Source of the DNA: Deltaproteobacteria bacterium
GTDB lineage: Bacteria; Desulfobacterota; Syntrophorhabdia; Syntrophorhabdales; JANXAF01
DNA length: 64,000 nucleotides
Direction of reading: 5' to 3'
NCBI GenBank assembly: GCA_026417175.1
Contig: JAOADT010000011.1
Location: 2,214 to 66,213 of the forward strand
Each line of letters begins with the position of its first letter. The stretch's first letter is position 1. Shown here one piece after another: positions 40,831 to 50,339 of this stretch. Under the pieces are notes generated by a model. The model had not been told where the DNA came from. It searched no databases and was given only the letters and a program-made list of their open reading frames with translations. The position numbers were made by a program, and so were the translations under genes.

Positions 40831-42086
40831 AAATATTAATAAAAAACGTAATATTAAACGGAAAAACAGTTGATATATACGTTAACGGTGGAAAAATTGA
40901 AGATATTGGGACCGAGTTGAAAAAAGAGGCAGATAAGTTGATAAACGGTGCTGGCAAAGTTGCTCTTCCATCATTCATAAATGGTCATACACACGCAGCA
41001 ATGACTCTCTTTAGAGGATATGCTGATGATATGCCTCTTAAAAAATGGTTAGAAGAAAAGATATGGGTTTTAGAAAGAAAACTAACGGAGGAAGACGTTT
41101 ACTGGGGTGCAAAACTTGCCTGTCTTGAAATGATAAAAAATGGTATTACTGTCTTCAATGACATGTACTGGCACTGGGAGGCCACTGCACGGGCTACTTA
41201 TGAGATGGGGTTGCGAGGCTTTATTAGTGCGGTTTTCATAGATATGTTCGATAAGAAAAAGGCTGAACAGCAAGTGGAACTCAACTTGAAACTCTTTGAT
41301 CTGTCAAAGAAGTATAGCCCGAATGTTACATTCACACTTGGGCCTCACGCCATATACTCAGTTTCGAAGGAGAGCCTTATTTGGGCCAATGAATTTTCTA
41401 GAAAAAATGGTATTTTGATTCACATGCATGTTTCAGAAACTGAAGAAGAGGTAAAATTTGCGATGGAAAAGTACGGGATGAGACCCGTTGAATTTTTAGA
41501 CTCATTAGAGATGATATCAGAGAAATTTATAGGATGTCACGGATGCTGGCTCGATGAAAATGAATGTGAGATTCTTGGAAAAAAAGGGGGAAGAATAGTC
41601 CACATGCCAGTATCAAATATGAAGCTCACGGTCGGACGGGTGGTGCCGCACTCTCTCTTTTCGAAATACGGAGTGACATATTGTCTAGGAACTGACGGTT
41701 GTGCGTCCAACAATCATCTTGATATGATAGAAACGATGAAATTTGCTTCTCTTTTGGCGAAATTTTCAACTGGAGATCCTACAATACTTCCTGCAAAAGA
41801 AGTATTTCAACTGGCAACAAAAAAGGCTGCCCACATATTTAATCTAGGAGAGTGGGATTTAAATGTAGGGTCCTATGCCGACATAATCTTAGTAGATATG
41901 GAAAGGCCCGAATTTGTGCCGAATTTTGATTTGTTTTCCGATATGGTTTACGCGACGAATGGTTCATGTGTGGATACCGTTATATGTATGGGAAATGTTA
42001 TAATGGAAAACAGAGTCGTTCCGGGAGAAGAGGAAATATTGAGGAATGTAAAAAAAGTAGCAAAATCACTTATAGAAAGAGAATAG
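40827..42086 (+). CDS. mtaD: Amidohydrolase, 5'-methylthioadenosine/S-adenosylhomocysteine deaminase-like
   Basis: NGHTHAAM.LFRGYADD, WLEEKIW, DMY, PHAIY, HMHVSET, SNMKL, GTDG.ASNN; adjacent to the phosphorylase. Confidence 0.82.
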   Translation: MKILIKNVILNGKTVDIYVNGGKIEDIGTELKKEADKLINGAGKVALPSFINGHTHAAMTLFRGYADDMPLKKWLEEKIWVLERKLTEEDVYWGAKLACLEMIKNGITVFNDMYWHWEATARATYEMGLRGFISAVFIDMFDKKKAEQQVELNLKLFDLSKKYSPNVTFTLGPHAIYSVSKESLIWANEFSRKNGILIHMHVSETEEEVKFAMEKYGMRPVEFLDSLEMISEKFIGCHGCWLDENECEILGKKGGRIVHMPVSNMKLTVGRVVPHSLFSKYGVTYCLGTDGCASNNHLDMIETMKFASLLAKFSTGDPTILPAKEVFQLATKKAAHIFNLGEWDLNVGSYADIILVDMERPEFVPNFDLFSDMVYATNGSCVDTVICMGNVIMENRVVPGEEEILRNVKKVAKSLIERE

Positions 42087-42089
42087 AGC

Positions 42090-42530
42090 ATGAGATTCAT
42101 ATGTGATTCCATGCTCGGCAAACTTGCAAAATACTTGAGGATATTAGGATTGGATGCCATTTATTTTCGACCTTCAAGAAAAGGTGTAGAAACCATATTT
42201 GAGGAACCATATTACTTTTTTACGAGAAGAAAAAAATCGCCCTATCAAAACACTGTATATATAAAAGCTGATCGAGTTCAGGACCAACTGAGGGAAATAA
42301 AAAATATAATAAAACCATATGTGGATACTTCGAGAATAATGATGAGATGCATAAAATGCAACAAAGAACTCGAGGCTGTTGAGAAGGATAAGGTTGAACC
42401 CTTGGTACCAGAGTACGTCTTTCATACTCAGAAACAATTCTATATATGTCCCCAGTGTAAAAAGGTTTACTGGAGTGGGTCGCATGTGGAAAACATGTAC
42501 AAGTGGATAAGGGAATTGTTGGAACTTTAA
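42090..42530 (+). CDS. Mut7-C (DUF82) PIN-like RNase-domain protein with zinc ribbon
   Basis: RFICDSMLGKLAKYLRILGLD, TR, RC.KCN, C.QC.KVYWSGSH. Confidence 0.88.
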   Translation: MRFICDSMLGKLAKYLRILGLDAIYFRPSRKGVETIFEEPYYFFTRRKKSPYQNTVYIKADRVQDQLREIKNIIKPYVDTSRIMMRCIKCNKELEAVEKDKVEPLVPEYVFHTQKQFYICPQCKKVYWSGSHVENMYKWIRELLEL

Positions 42531-42534
42531 GAAC

Positions 42535-43176
42535 TTGAGGAAGACAATAACCTTTAAAAAAGTCTTTGAATCTCTACAAACTTACTTGCCCTACAAGAAG
42601 GAAGATAGAAAAAATAACAGTCCTTTTTTTGTTCTGCTTTCAGCTATCATTAGTCACAGAACAAAAGATGAGATAACGGAAAAAGTTATGCAAAAGATTG
42701 AAGGCATCGTGAACGGACCTGAAGATTTGGTTCAAATGAGTCAAAGTGAGCTTCAAAAACTTTTATTTCCCGCTGGGTTTTATCGGAACAAAGCAAAAAT
42801 TTTAAAAGATGTTGCAGAGACTATTCTGAATAATTATGGTGGAAAGGTACCTGACACACTAGAAGAACTCTTGAAATTAAGGGGAATTGGCAGAAAGACG
42901 GCAAATCTCGTTATTTCCGAAGGGTATGGAAAACCAGGGATTTGTGTGGATACACACGTTCACAGAATTTCTAATCGTCTTGGTCTTGTAAAGACAAATC
43001 ATCCAGAAGAAACTGAGTTTGAGCTTAGGAATAAGATGCCTGTAAAGTACTGGAATGATTACAACTGGCTGATGGTAAACTTCGGTAGAACCATATGTAG
43101 GCCGATTTCTCCTTTGTGTAGTAAGTGTCCGCTGAACACTGATTGCCCAAAGATAGGTGTTAAAAAAAGAAGATAA
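42535..43176 (+). CDS. nth: Endonuclease III
   Basis: HhH LRGIGRKTAN, VDTHVHRISNRLG, 4Fe-4S motif C-x6-C-x2-C-x5-C. Confidence 0.93.
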   Translation: MRKTITFKKVFESLQTYLPYKKEDRKNNSPFFVLLSAIISHRTKDEITEKVMQKIEGIVNGPEDLVQMSQSELQKLLFPAGFYRNKAKILKDVAETILNNYGGKVPDTLEELLKLRGIGRKTANLVISEGYGKPGICVDTHVHRISNRLGLVKTNHPEETEFELRNKMPVKYWNDYNWLMVNFGRTICRPISPLCSKCPLNTDCPKIGVKKRR

Positions 43177-43230
43177 GGTTTCAAATTTTGGCTTTACATT
43201 ATAGGAATTTTTCTGTTAACTTTCCTAACT

Positions 43231-45486
43231 ATGATGGTGAGAGTATTTTGTTTAGCTTTTGTATTTCTATCATCTTCTGCGACTTTTAGTTTCGCCTCTG
43301 AAATGGATAGGATAGTGAAAATAGAAGTTATAGGTAATGAGAGAGTGGATAGGGGTGTAGTACTAAACGCCATTAAGACAAGGGAAAACGATGTTTACGA
43401 TCTTGAAAGGCTAAGGGAAGATATGAAAAATATTTACAGGACCGGTTTTTTCAGCGACGTACAGATAGATGTTAAGGAAACTGAAAAAGGTAAAGTAGTG
43501 ACGTTTGTTGTAATCGAAAGGCCAGTGGTTAAAGCTATATACATTCAGGGAAATAAAAAAGTTAAAACGGATGAAATTAAGGAGAAAATTAAGATCAAAC
43601 CTAACGCCGTATTGAATACGGAGAAAGTAAAAGAAACTGTTGACGAGATAAAAAAACTGTATGCGGGGAAGGGTTATTATGCAACAAAAGTTGAACATGA
43701 GATAGTGTATGGGGAAGCTTATGATGTAACACTTAATTTTAAAATAGAGGAGGCAAAAAAGGCGTATGTAAGGAAGATCGAGTTCCGTGGTAATCATAGT
43801 TTTAAAGCTGCGGAACTGAAAAAATATATGAAGGTGAAAGAGAAGGGGATGTTTTCTTGGTTTACAGGTTCCGGAATAATGGATGAAGACGTATTAGAAG
43901 AGGATCGAAAAAATATCGAAGCTTTTTACATGGACAGAGGATATGCAAAGGTGAGGACAGGCGTGCCGGAAATAATGTTATCAAATGATGGTAAGACGAT
44001 CAGCATCGTGATGCAGATTGATGAAGGTCCTGTATACAAAGTAGGGAAAATAGATTTTTCTGGAGATATATTGGGTTCGCCAGATGCATTAAGAAACAGT
44101 TTATCTCTCCGGTCAGGAGATCTTTTTAGGGGCAGTATATTCCAAAAAGACGTGCTTAAACTTATGGATTTTTATCAGGACAGAGGGTATGCTTTTTGTG
44201 ATGTTATCCCTTTAACATCTATTAATGACGAAGAAAAAACTGTCGATGTTAAGTTCGACATAAGGAAAAATCAAGAAGTATATTTCAACAGGATAAACAT
44301 TGTGGGGAATATTAAAACGAAAGACAAAGTTGTTAGAAGGGAACTAAAATTTGCCGAAGGAGATCGATTTTCAGCTACAAAACTGTCGGAGAGCAAGAGA
44401 AAGTTAAGGAATACGACCTACTTTAAAGAAGTTGATATGAAGATTCAGAGGACAGAAAAACCGGATAGGGTTAATGTAGATGTGGTATTGGAAGAAAGGC
44501 CAACGGGAACCTTGAGTATGGGAGTGGGATACAGTACAGCTGAGAAAATTATCGTATCTGGTTCTATATCACAAGATAATTTGTTTGGAACAGGACGGAA
44601 GGTGTATCTGGATGCTTCCCTTGGTTCTGTTTCTTCAGACTTCAGACTCACCGCGGTGGACCCTTACTTTTTAGATTACAACCTCTCTACAGGGATCTCT
44701 CTGTCGAATTATAGGAGGATCATGGATACATACAATTACAAGATTACAGGTGGGAGTCTTAGTCTAAACAGACCTCTTACTGATTACGTTAGTTTGGGGC
44801 TAAGATATAGGTACGAGAGGAACAACGTGTATGACGTGGAGGAAACTGCCAGTCGGTATATAAAAGAACAAAAAGGCAAAAGGACCACGAGCGGTGTCAC
44901 ACTTTCTTTGGCAAAAAATACCATAGACGATGTGCTTAATCCAACTCAGGGAGATTTTGGGAACCTTTCAGTTGAGAATGCGGGAGGAATTTTGGGAGGC
45001 AATGTGTATTTTGTAAGGAGTATTGCTTATTATGGGAGATACATAAAGGCTGGCTTTTGGGATAGCACATTTATGCTCAAAGGCACTATTGGGGCGATTT
45101 GGCCATACGGGGGAAGAAAGTTGCCTGTGTACGAAAAATTCTTTGTAGGTGGCATAAACACTATAAGAGGGTTCAAATATGGAGAAGCGGGTCCCAAAGA
45201 TGAGGAAGATGAAGTTATAGGTGGGAAAAATCAAGTGATTTTTAATGCAGAGTGGATCTTTCCAATCTTCAAGCCAGCTGGATTAAAAGGGGTTCTATTT
45301 TTCGATTGTGGGCATGGTTTCGATGACGCAGAAGGCTTTATAAAAAATTACAGATTTGGATCGGGTTTTGGGATCAGATGGCTTTCACCCTTGGGTCCCA
45401 TAAGACTTGAACTTGGATTTAATCTGTCGCCAAGGAAAGGTGAAAAAAGAAGTGTCTTCGACTTTATGATAGGGACTTTTTATTAA
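43231..45486 (+). CDS. bamA: Outer membrane protein assembly factor BamA
   Basis: Signal peptide, POTRA repeats, IRGF motif, WLSPLGP, C-terminal aromatic residue. Confidence 0.96.
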   Translation: MMVRVFCLAFVFLSSSATFSFASEMDRIVKIEVIGNERVDRGVVLNAIKTRENDVYDLERLREDMKNIYRTGFFSDVQIDVKETEKGKVVTFVVIERPVVKAIYIQGNKKVKTDEIKEKIKIKPNAVLNTEKVKETVDEIKKLYAGKGYYATKVEHEIVYGEAYDVTLNFKIEEAKKAYVRKIEFRGNHSFKAAELKKYMKVKEKGMFSWFTGSGIMDEDVLEEDRKNIEAFYMDRGYAKVRTGVPEIMLSNDGKTISIVMQIDEGPVYKVGKIDFSGDILGSPDALRNSLSLRSGDLFRGSIFQKDVLKLMDFYQDRGYAFCDVIPLTSINDEEKTVDVKFDIRKNQEVYFNRINIVGNIKTKDKVVRRELKFAEGDRFSATKLSESKRKLRNTTYFKEVDMKIQRTEKPDRVNVDVVLEERPTGTLSMGVGYSTAEKIIVSGSISQDNLFGTGRKVYLDASLGSVSSDFRLTAVDPYFLDYNLSTGISLSNYRRIMDTYNYKITGGSLSLNRPLTDYVSLGLRYRYERNNVYDVEETASRYIKEQKGKRTTSGVTLSLAKNTIDDVLNPTQGDFGNLSVENAGGILGGNVYFVRSIAYYGRYIKAGFWDSTFMLKGTIGAIWPYGGRKLPVYEKFFVGGINTIRGFKYGEAGPKDEEDEVIGGKNQVIFNAEWIFPIFKPAGLKGVLFFDCGHGFDDAEGFIKNYRFGSGFGIRWLSPLGPIRLELGFNLSPRKGEKRSVFDFMIGTFY

Positions 45487-45509
45487 ATCACGACCGCTAA
45501 GGAGGTAAC

Positions 45510-46040
45510 ATGAGGTTCGCTTTTTTTTCGATTTTTACGCTGGTTTTTTTTAGTTTTTCTGTTTTTGCTCAACAGGTAAACATTGGATATGTTGATCTTC
45601 AAAGAGTTATGTTGGAGTCAGAAAAAGGAAAGGAAGCAAAAAAAACTCTCACTGAGGAAGCAAATAAGATGAAGAAGAGCTTGGATGCGAAACAGGAGGA
45701 ATTGCAGAAAATGAAAGACGCCTTAGAAAGGCAAGGAGCCACCATAACTCCCGAGGCAAGAGCTGAAAAAGAAAAGCAGTATCAATCGAAACTTAGGGAC
45801 TACCAAAGGGCGTATAGTGACTACCAAGCCGAATTACAACAAAAAGACATGGAGCTCACTCAAGGGATTCTTAAAGAGATAGAAGAGGTTATAAAGGTTT
45901 TGGGAGAAAAAGAGAAGTTTACTATAATTTTTGAGAAAAACCAGGCCGGAATATTATTTGCTACACCTGCGATTGACATAACTGATAAAGTGATAAAACA
46001 GTATAATGAAATGACAAAGAAACAGACTCCTAAGAAGTGA
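45510..46040 (+). CDS. skp: Skp/OmpH periplasmic chaperone
   Basis: Signal peptide, IGYVDLQRV, coiled coil, DITDKVI; follows bamA. Confidence 0.9.
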   Translation: MRFAFFSIFTLVFFSFSVFAQQVNIGYVDLQRVMLESEKGKEAKKTLTEEANKMKKSLDAKQEELQKMKDALERQGATITPEARAEKEKQYQSKLRDYQRAYSDYQAELQQKDMELTQGILKEIEEVIKVLGEKEKFTIIFEKNQAGILFATPAIDITDKVIKQYNEMTKKQTPKK

Positions 46041-47065
46041 TGAAACTTAGGGAGATTTCTGAAATTATAGGTGGAACTGTTTTTGGTAACGGAGAAGTTG
46101 ACATAGAAGGAGTTTCTTCAATAAAAGATGCAAAAGAGGGAGATATCACATTCTGTTTCCGTAAGGCATACCTGGACGCCGCTAAACAATCCAAAGCAAC
46201 TGCCCTCGTGATCGGAAAAGATATACCAATTGACCAGCTAGATGTTGAAAATTTAATAGTGGTGGATGATCCTTACGAAGCGTACCTAAAGACCATAAAC
46301 CTCTTTGTAAAAGAGGAAAAAGAGGAGCCTTTTATAAGTCCTCTTGCATATATATCAGAGGGAGTAACTTTAGGTGAGAACGTTAGAATTTACCCGTTCG
46401 TTTATATAGGTAAGGGATCTAAGATTTATAACGGGGTAACCTTATATCCATTTGTGTATATTGGTAGGAATGTAACAATAGGAGAAGAGTCAAAGATATA
46501 TCCAAATGTTACCCTCTACGATGGTGTAAGACTTGGGAAAAGAGTTGTAATTCACGCGGGAAGCGTTATCGGGAGTGATGGTTTTGGTTACACCTGGGAT
46601 GGAAAAAGGCACATAAAAATACCACAGCTTGGAAGTGTGGAAATTGAAGACGACGTAGAGATAGGCGCAAATGTGACAATAGATCGCGCCACACTGGGAA
46701 AAACGGTAATAGGAAGAGGAACAAAGATAGACAATCTCGTTCAGATTGGTCACAACGTAGTAATTGGAGAAGATTGTATAATTGTTGCTCAGGTTGGAAT
46801 TGGAGGGAGCGCTCAAATAGGGAAAAGGGTTATAATTGCGGGACAAGTGGGAATAAGGGACCATGTAAGGATAGAAGATGATGTAAAGATTGGTGGTCAA
46901 TCTGGAATTGTTAAGGACATCGAAAAGGGATCAGAGGTTATTGGTACTCCGCATATGGATCGAAGAGAGTGGGCTAGGTTACAGGTTTATCTGAAACAAC
47001 TTCCTAATCTTTTTTCTACAGTGAAGGAAATAAAAGAAAAAATAAAGGCTGGAGAACACAAATGA
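46040..47065 (+). CDS. lpxD: UDP-3-O-acylglucosamine N-acyltransferase
   Basis: Hexapeptide repeats, [30 protein letters not shown]. Confidence 0.96.
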   Translation: MKLREISEIIGGTVFGNGEVDIEGVSSIKDAKEGDITFCFRKAYLDAAKQSKATALVIGKDIPIDQLDVENLIVVDDPYEAYLKTINLFVKEEKEEPFISPLAYISEGVTLGENVRIYPFVYIGKGSKIYNGVTLYPFVYIGRNVTIGEESKIYPNVTLYDGVRLGKRVVIHAGSVIGSDGFGYTWDGKRHIKIPQLGSVEIEDDVEIGANVTIDRATLGKTVIGRGTKIDNLVQIGHNVVIGEDCIIVAQVGIGGSAQIGKRVIIAGQVGIRDHVRIEDDVKIGGQSGIVKDIEKGSEVIGTPHMDRREWARLQVYLKQLPNLFSTVKEIKEKIKAGEHK

Positions 47066-47505
47066 TAGAAGTTAAAGAAATAATTGCTCTTTTACCGCAC
47101 AGATTCCCGTTTCTGCTCGTCGATCGAATAGTGGAGCTCGAACCGGGAAAAAGAGCTGTGGGTATTAAAAATGTAACATACAACGAACCCTTCTTCGAGG
47201 GACATTTCCCAGACTCTCCTATAATGCCAGGCGTTTTAATAATAGAAGCCATGGCCCAGACAGGTGGTGTATTGGCTTTTAAAACTTTTCCTGAAAAAAA
47301 AGGGTCAGTTTTTTTTCTAGGAATAGATGAGGCAAGGTTCAGGAAACCAGTTATTCCTGGTGATCAGCTTAGGATGGTTGTCGAAGTTGTGAAACACAAA
47401 AAAGATATCTGGATATTTGAGGGAAAAGCATATGTGGAAGGTGAAATAGTTGCAGAAGCAAAAATCATGGCCATGCTAAAAGAAGAAAAGGAGAGTAAAA
47501 AGTGA
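47062..47505 (+). CDS. fabZ: 3-hydroxyacyl-ACP dehydratase
   Basis: [32 protein letters not shown]. Confidence 0.97.
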   Translation: MIEVKEIIALLPHRFPFLLVDRIVELEPGKRAVGIKNVTYNEPFFEGHFPDSPIMPGVLIIEAMAQTGGVLAFKTFPEKKGSVFFLGIDEARFRKPVIPGDQLRMVVEVVKHKKDIWIFEGKAYVEGEIVAEAKIMAMLKEEKESKK

Positions 47506-48269
47506 TTCATAAGACGGCGATTGTAGATAGAAAAGCAGAAATAGACGATGATGTGTATATTGGTCCTTATTGTATTATAGAAGGAAAAGTCAAAATAAGA
47601 AAAGGAACGAAGCTTTTAAGTCACGTAGTAATACAGGGAAATACAACTATCGGAGAAGACTGTACAATAAGCCCTTTCGCATCTATAGGCGGTCCACCAC
47701 AGGACATTACTTACAGGGGAGAAGAGACCGAAACTATAATAGGGAAAAGAAACATAATAAAAGAGTACGTTACCATAAACCGGGGTACAACCCACGGGGG
47801 CGGCGTGACAAGAATAGGCGACAATAATTTCATCATGGCATACTCCCACATTGCTCACGATTGCAAGGTGGGAAGTAACGTGATTATGGCGAACTGTGCA
47901 ACGCTCGCAGGCCACGTAGAAGTTGATGACAACGTGGTTTTCGGAGGTTTGTGTGCAGTACACCAGTTTTGCAGAATAGGAAGATTTGCTTTTGTAAGCG
48001 GACTTACAGGTGTACCGAAGGATATCCCCCCATTTATGATCGCAGCAGGCAACCGGGCGAAGCTTTACGGATTGAATTTGATCGGACTTGAAAGAAATAA
48101 TTTTCCCAAGGAGGAAATAGCCAAGTTGAAAAAGGCCTATCGTATTCTTTTTAGATCGTCTCTTCCTCTTTCAACCTCTCTCAAGATTCTTGAAGAGGAA
48201 TTGAAAGGAGAAAACATAAAGATCCTAGTTGAGTTTATTCAAAGTTCAAAAAGAGGAATATGCCGGTAA
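47502..48269 (+). CDS. lpxA: UDP-N-acetylglucosamine acyltransferase
   Basis: PQD, EYVTINRGT, HIAHDC, LAGHV, HQFCRIG, GLNLIGL. Confidence 0.96.
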   Translation: MIHKTAIVDRKAEIDDDVYIGPYCIIEGKVKIRKGTKLLSHVVIQGNTTIGEDCTISPFASIGGPPQDITYRGEETETIIGKRNIIKEYVTINRGTTHGGGVTRIGDNNFIMAYSHIAHDCKVGSNVIMANCATLAGHVEVDDNVVFGGLCAVHQFCRIGRFAFVSGLTGVPKDIPPFMIAAGNRAKLYGLNLIGLERNNFPKEEIAKLKKAYRILFRSSLPLSTSLKILEEELKGENIKILVEFIQSSKRGICR

Positions 48270-49168
48270 AAATAGCAGTGGTTGGACTCGGACATATGGG
48301 AATGTTGCATCTAAAAAAGGCCTTAGCTATTGAAAGTGTAAGAGTTGTGGCCTTGATTGAGAAAAATAGAGAAAAACTCTGCCACCTGAGGGAAAAATTC
48401 CAGATAGACTGTTATGAAAATTACGTTGAGATTGACAAAAAGATTGATGGTGCGATAATTGCTACTCCTGCTACCACTCACTATGAGATAGCGAAGTTTT
48501 TTTTGGAAAATGGGGTGCATCTCTTCGTAGAGAAACCTCTCGCTATCACTTACAAAGAAGCAGAGGATTTGTGTAATCTCGCAGAAAGTAAGAGTGTCCA
48601 ATTACAGGTTGGGTTTCTAGAAAGATATAATCCTGCACTGAGACAGGCGATCCGGATGTTGGAAGATCCAAGATATTTGGAAATGAGGAGAATGAGTCCC
48701 TATACTGGAAGATCGCTTGATGTAAATGTGATAATGGATTTAATGGTTCACGATTTAGATCTTTTGTCCAGCATAAAAAAGGAGAAAGTTACCTTTGTTT
48801 CCGGAAAGGGAGTTAAATTTCTGAGTGACACAGTTGATGAAGCCGTTGCTATTTTGGGTTTTGAAGACGACTCCGTAAGTGTGTGTACAGCCAGTAGGAT
48901 TTCTATTGATAAGGAAAGAAGCTTAAAACTTGTGGACAAAGAGAAAGTTATAAAAGTGGACTTCCTGAACATGACATTGACTGTTGCTTCAAGAAATGGG
49001 TGTGGACTTAGCTTACATTGTTACGAGTTTGAAAAAAAAGACCTAATTAGCGAGGAACTGGAAGATTTTATATCCTCTATAGAGGAAGGAAAAGAGCCAA
49101 TAGTTAAAGGTAGGGATACTTTAAATTCAATTTTTTTGGCAGAAAAAATAACAAACTCCCTTTGCTAA
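48260..49168 (+). CDS. Gfo/Idh/MocA oxidoreductase, GnnA-like (UDP-GlcNAc 3-dehydrogenase candidate)
   Basis: VVGLGHMG, EKP, VGFLERYNP, DVNVIMDLMVHDLD, ASRIS; located between lpxA and lpxB. Confidence 0.78.
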   Translation: MPVKIAVVGLGHMGMLHLKKALAIESVRVVALIEKNREKLCHLREKFQIDCYENYVEIDKKIDGAIIATPATTHYEIAKFFLENGVHLFVEKPLAITYKEAEDLCNLAESKSVQLQVGFLERYNPALRQAIRMLEDPRYLEMRRMSPYTGRSLDVNVIMDLMVHDLDLLSSIKKEKVTFVSGKGVKFLSDTVDEAVAILGFEDDSVSVCTASRISIDKERSLKLVDKEKVIKVDFLNMTLTVASRNGCGLSLHCYEFEKKDLISEELEDFISSIEEGKEPIVKGRDTLNSIFLAEKITNSLC

Positions 49169-49175
49169 TGACAAA

Positions 49176-50339
49176 GTGAGAAGCTTTAATGGAAAAATAA
49201 CAGTAATCTGCGGGGAATACTCTGGAGAAATTCATGCTGCAAATTTAATAAATCGCCTTTCAAAGTTGATTCGGCTGGAGTATCACGCTGTAGGTGGTAA
49301 TCTACTTGAAAAACAGGGAGCAAAATTGATTTACGATTACCGACTAATTTCTGTTACGGGACTAACAGAGGTACTCATAAAGTCTATTGACATCATAAAG
49401 GCATACCAAAAAGTAAAATACCATCTTGAAAAAGATGAGCCATCTCTTCTCATTCTTGTAGATTATCCAGGCTTTAACTTAAAGATAGCAAAGAAAGCAA
49501 AGGAAAGGGGGATACCAGTTGTATATTACATTCCACCTCAAGTGTGGGCTTGGGGTAAGAGGAGGATAAAATATATAAAGGCTTATGTTGACTTGGTTAT
49601 ATGTTTCTTACCTTTCGAGAAAAAAATATATGATTTTCACTCAATAAGAAACAAATTCGTAGGCCATCCATATGTAAAGACCGTCAAACCTCTTTACGAA
49701 AGGAATAGATTTTTTGAGGAATTTCGGGTACCACATGGGTGCTCTATTATTGCAATTTTACCTGGAAGCAGAGAAAATGAAGTAAAAAGGCACATGCCAG
49801 AACTATGTAAAGTGATGGAGAGAATTGAAGGTATGGTTGATAATCCTTTTTTTCTTATAGCTCAGGCACCCGGTATATCTACGGGGCAAATTGGGCCATA
49901 TCTCCGCTCAACTGATAACGTACGCATAGTAAAGGGTTTATCCCATGACGTGCTTTGTCATTCTGACTGTGCTATTTTGGCTTCAGGAAGTGCCACTCTC
50001 GAGGCGGCCATTTTGGGTACTCCATCTGTAGTTATTTATAAATTGTCTCCTCTTTCTTACCTTTTAGGAAAGTATTTAGTAAAAATTCCTAACATTAGCT
50101 TACCCAATATAATACTTGGAGAAAAGATCTTTGCTGAGTTTATTCAAAAACTAGATCCTGAGAGAATTGCGGTTGTGGTTAAGGATATGTTAAGAGATAA
50201 GAAAAGAAATATGAAGATAGTAAGTGCTAAGTTGATTGATCTGCTCGGTGGTCCAAGTGTCGACGCGTATGAAAATGCAGCAATAGAAGTACTTTATTTT
50301 TTGAGGGAAATCTATGGGTTTGTACCTGAGGCTGCTTAA
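49176..50339 (+). CDS. lpxB: Lipid-A-disaccharide synthase
   Basis: GEYSGE, VDYPGFN, YYIPPQVWAW, LPFE, VGHP, LPGSR..EV, SGSATLE. Confidence 0.95.
   Translation: MRSFNGKITVICGEYSGEIHAANLINRLSKLIRLEYHAVGGNLLEKQGAKLIYDYRLISVTGLTEVLIKSIDIIKAYQKVKYHLEKDEPSLLILVDYPGFNLKIAKKAKERGIPVVYYIPPQVWAWGKRRIKYIKAYVDLVICFLPFEKKIYDFHSIRNKFVGHPYVKTVKPLYERNRFFEEFRVPHGCSIIAILPGSRENEVKRHMPELCKVMERIEGMVDNPFFLIAQAPGISTGQIGPYLRSTDNVRIVKGLSHDVLCHSDCAILASGSATLEAAILGTPSVVIYKLSPLSYLLGKYLVKIPNISLPNIILGEKIFAEFIQKLDPERIAVVVKDMLRDKKRNMKIVSAKLIDLLGGPSVDAYENAAIEVLYFLREIYGFVPEAA

Noticed and set aside
46340-46900. Repetitive sequence in lpxD (YPFVYIG twice), and similar repeats in lpxA
   Set aside because: These are the expected hexapeptide beta-helix repeats at protein level, not a DNA repeat element.
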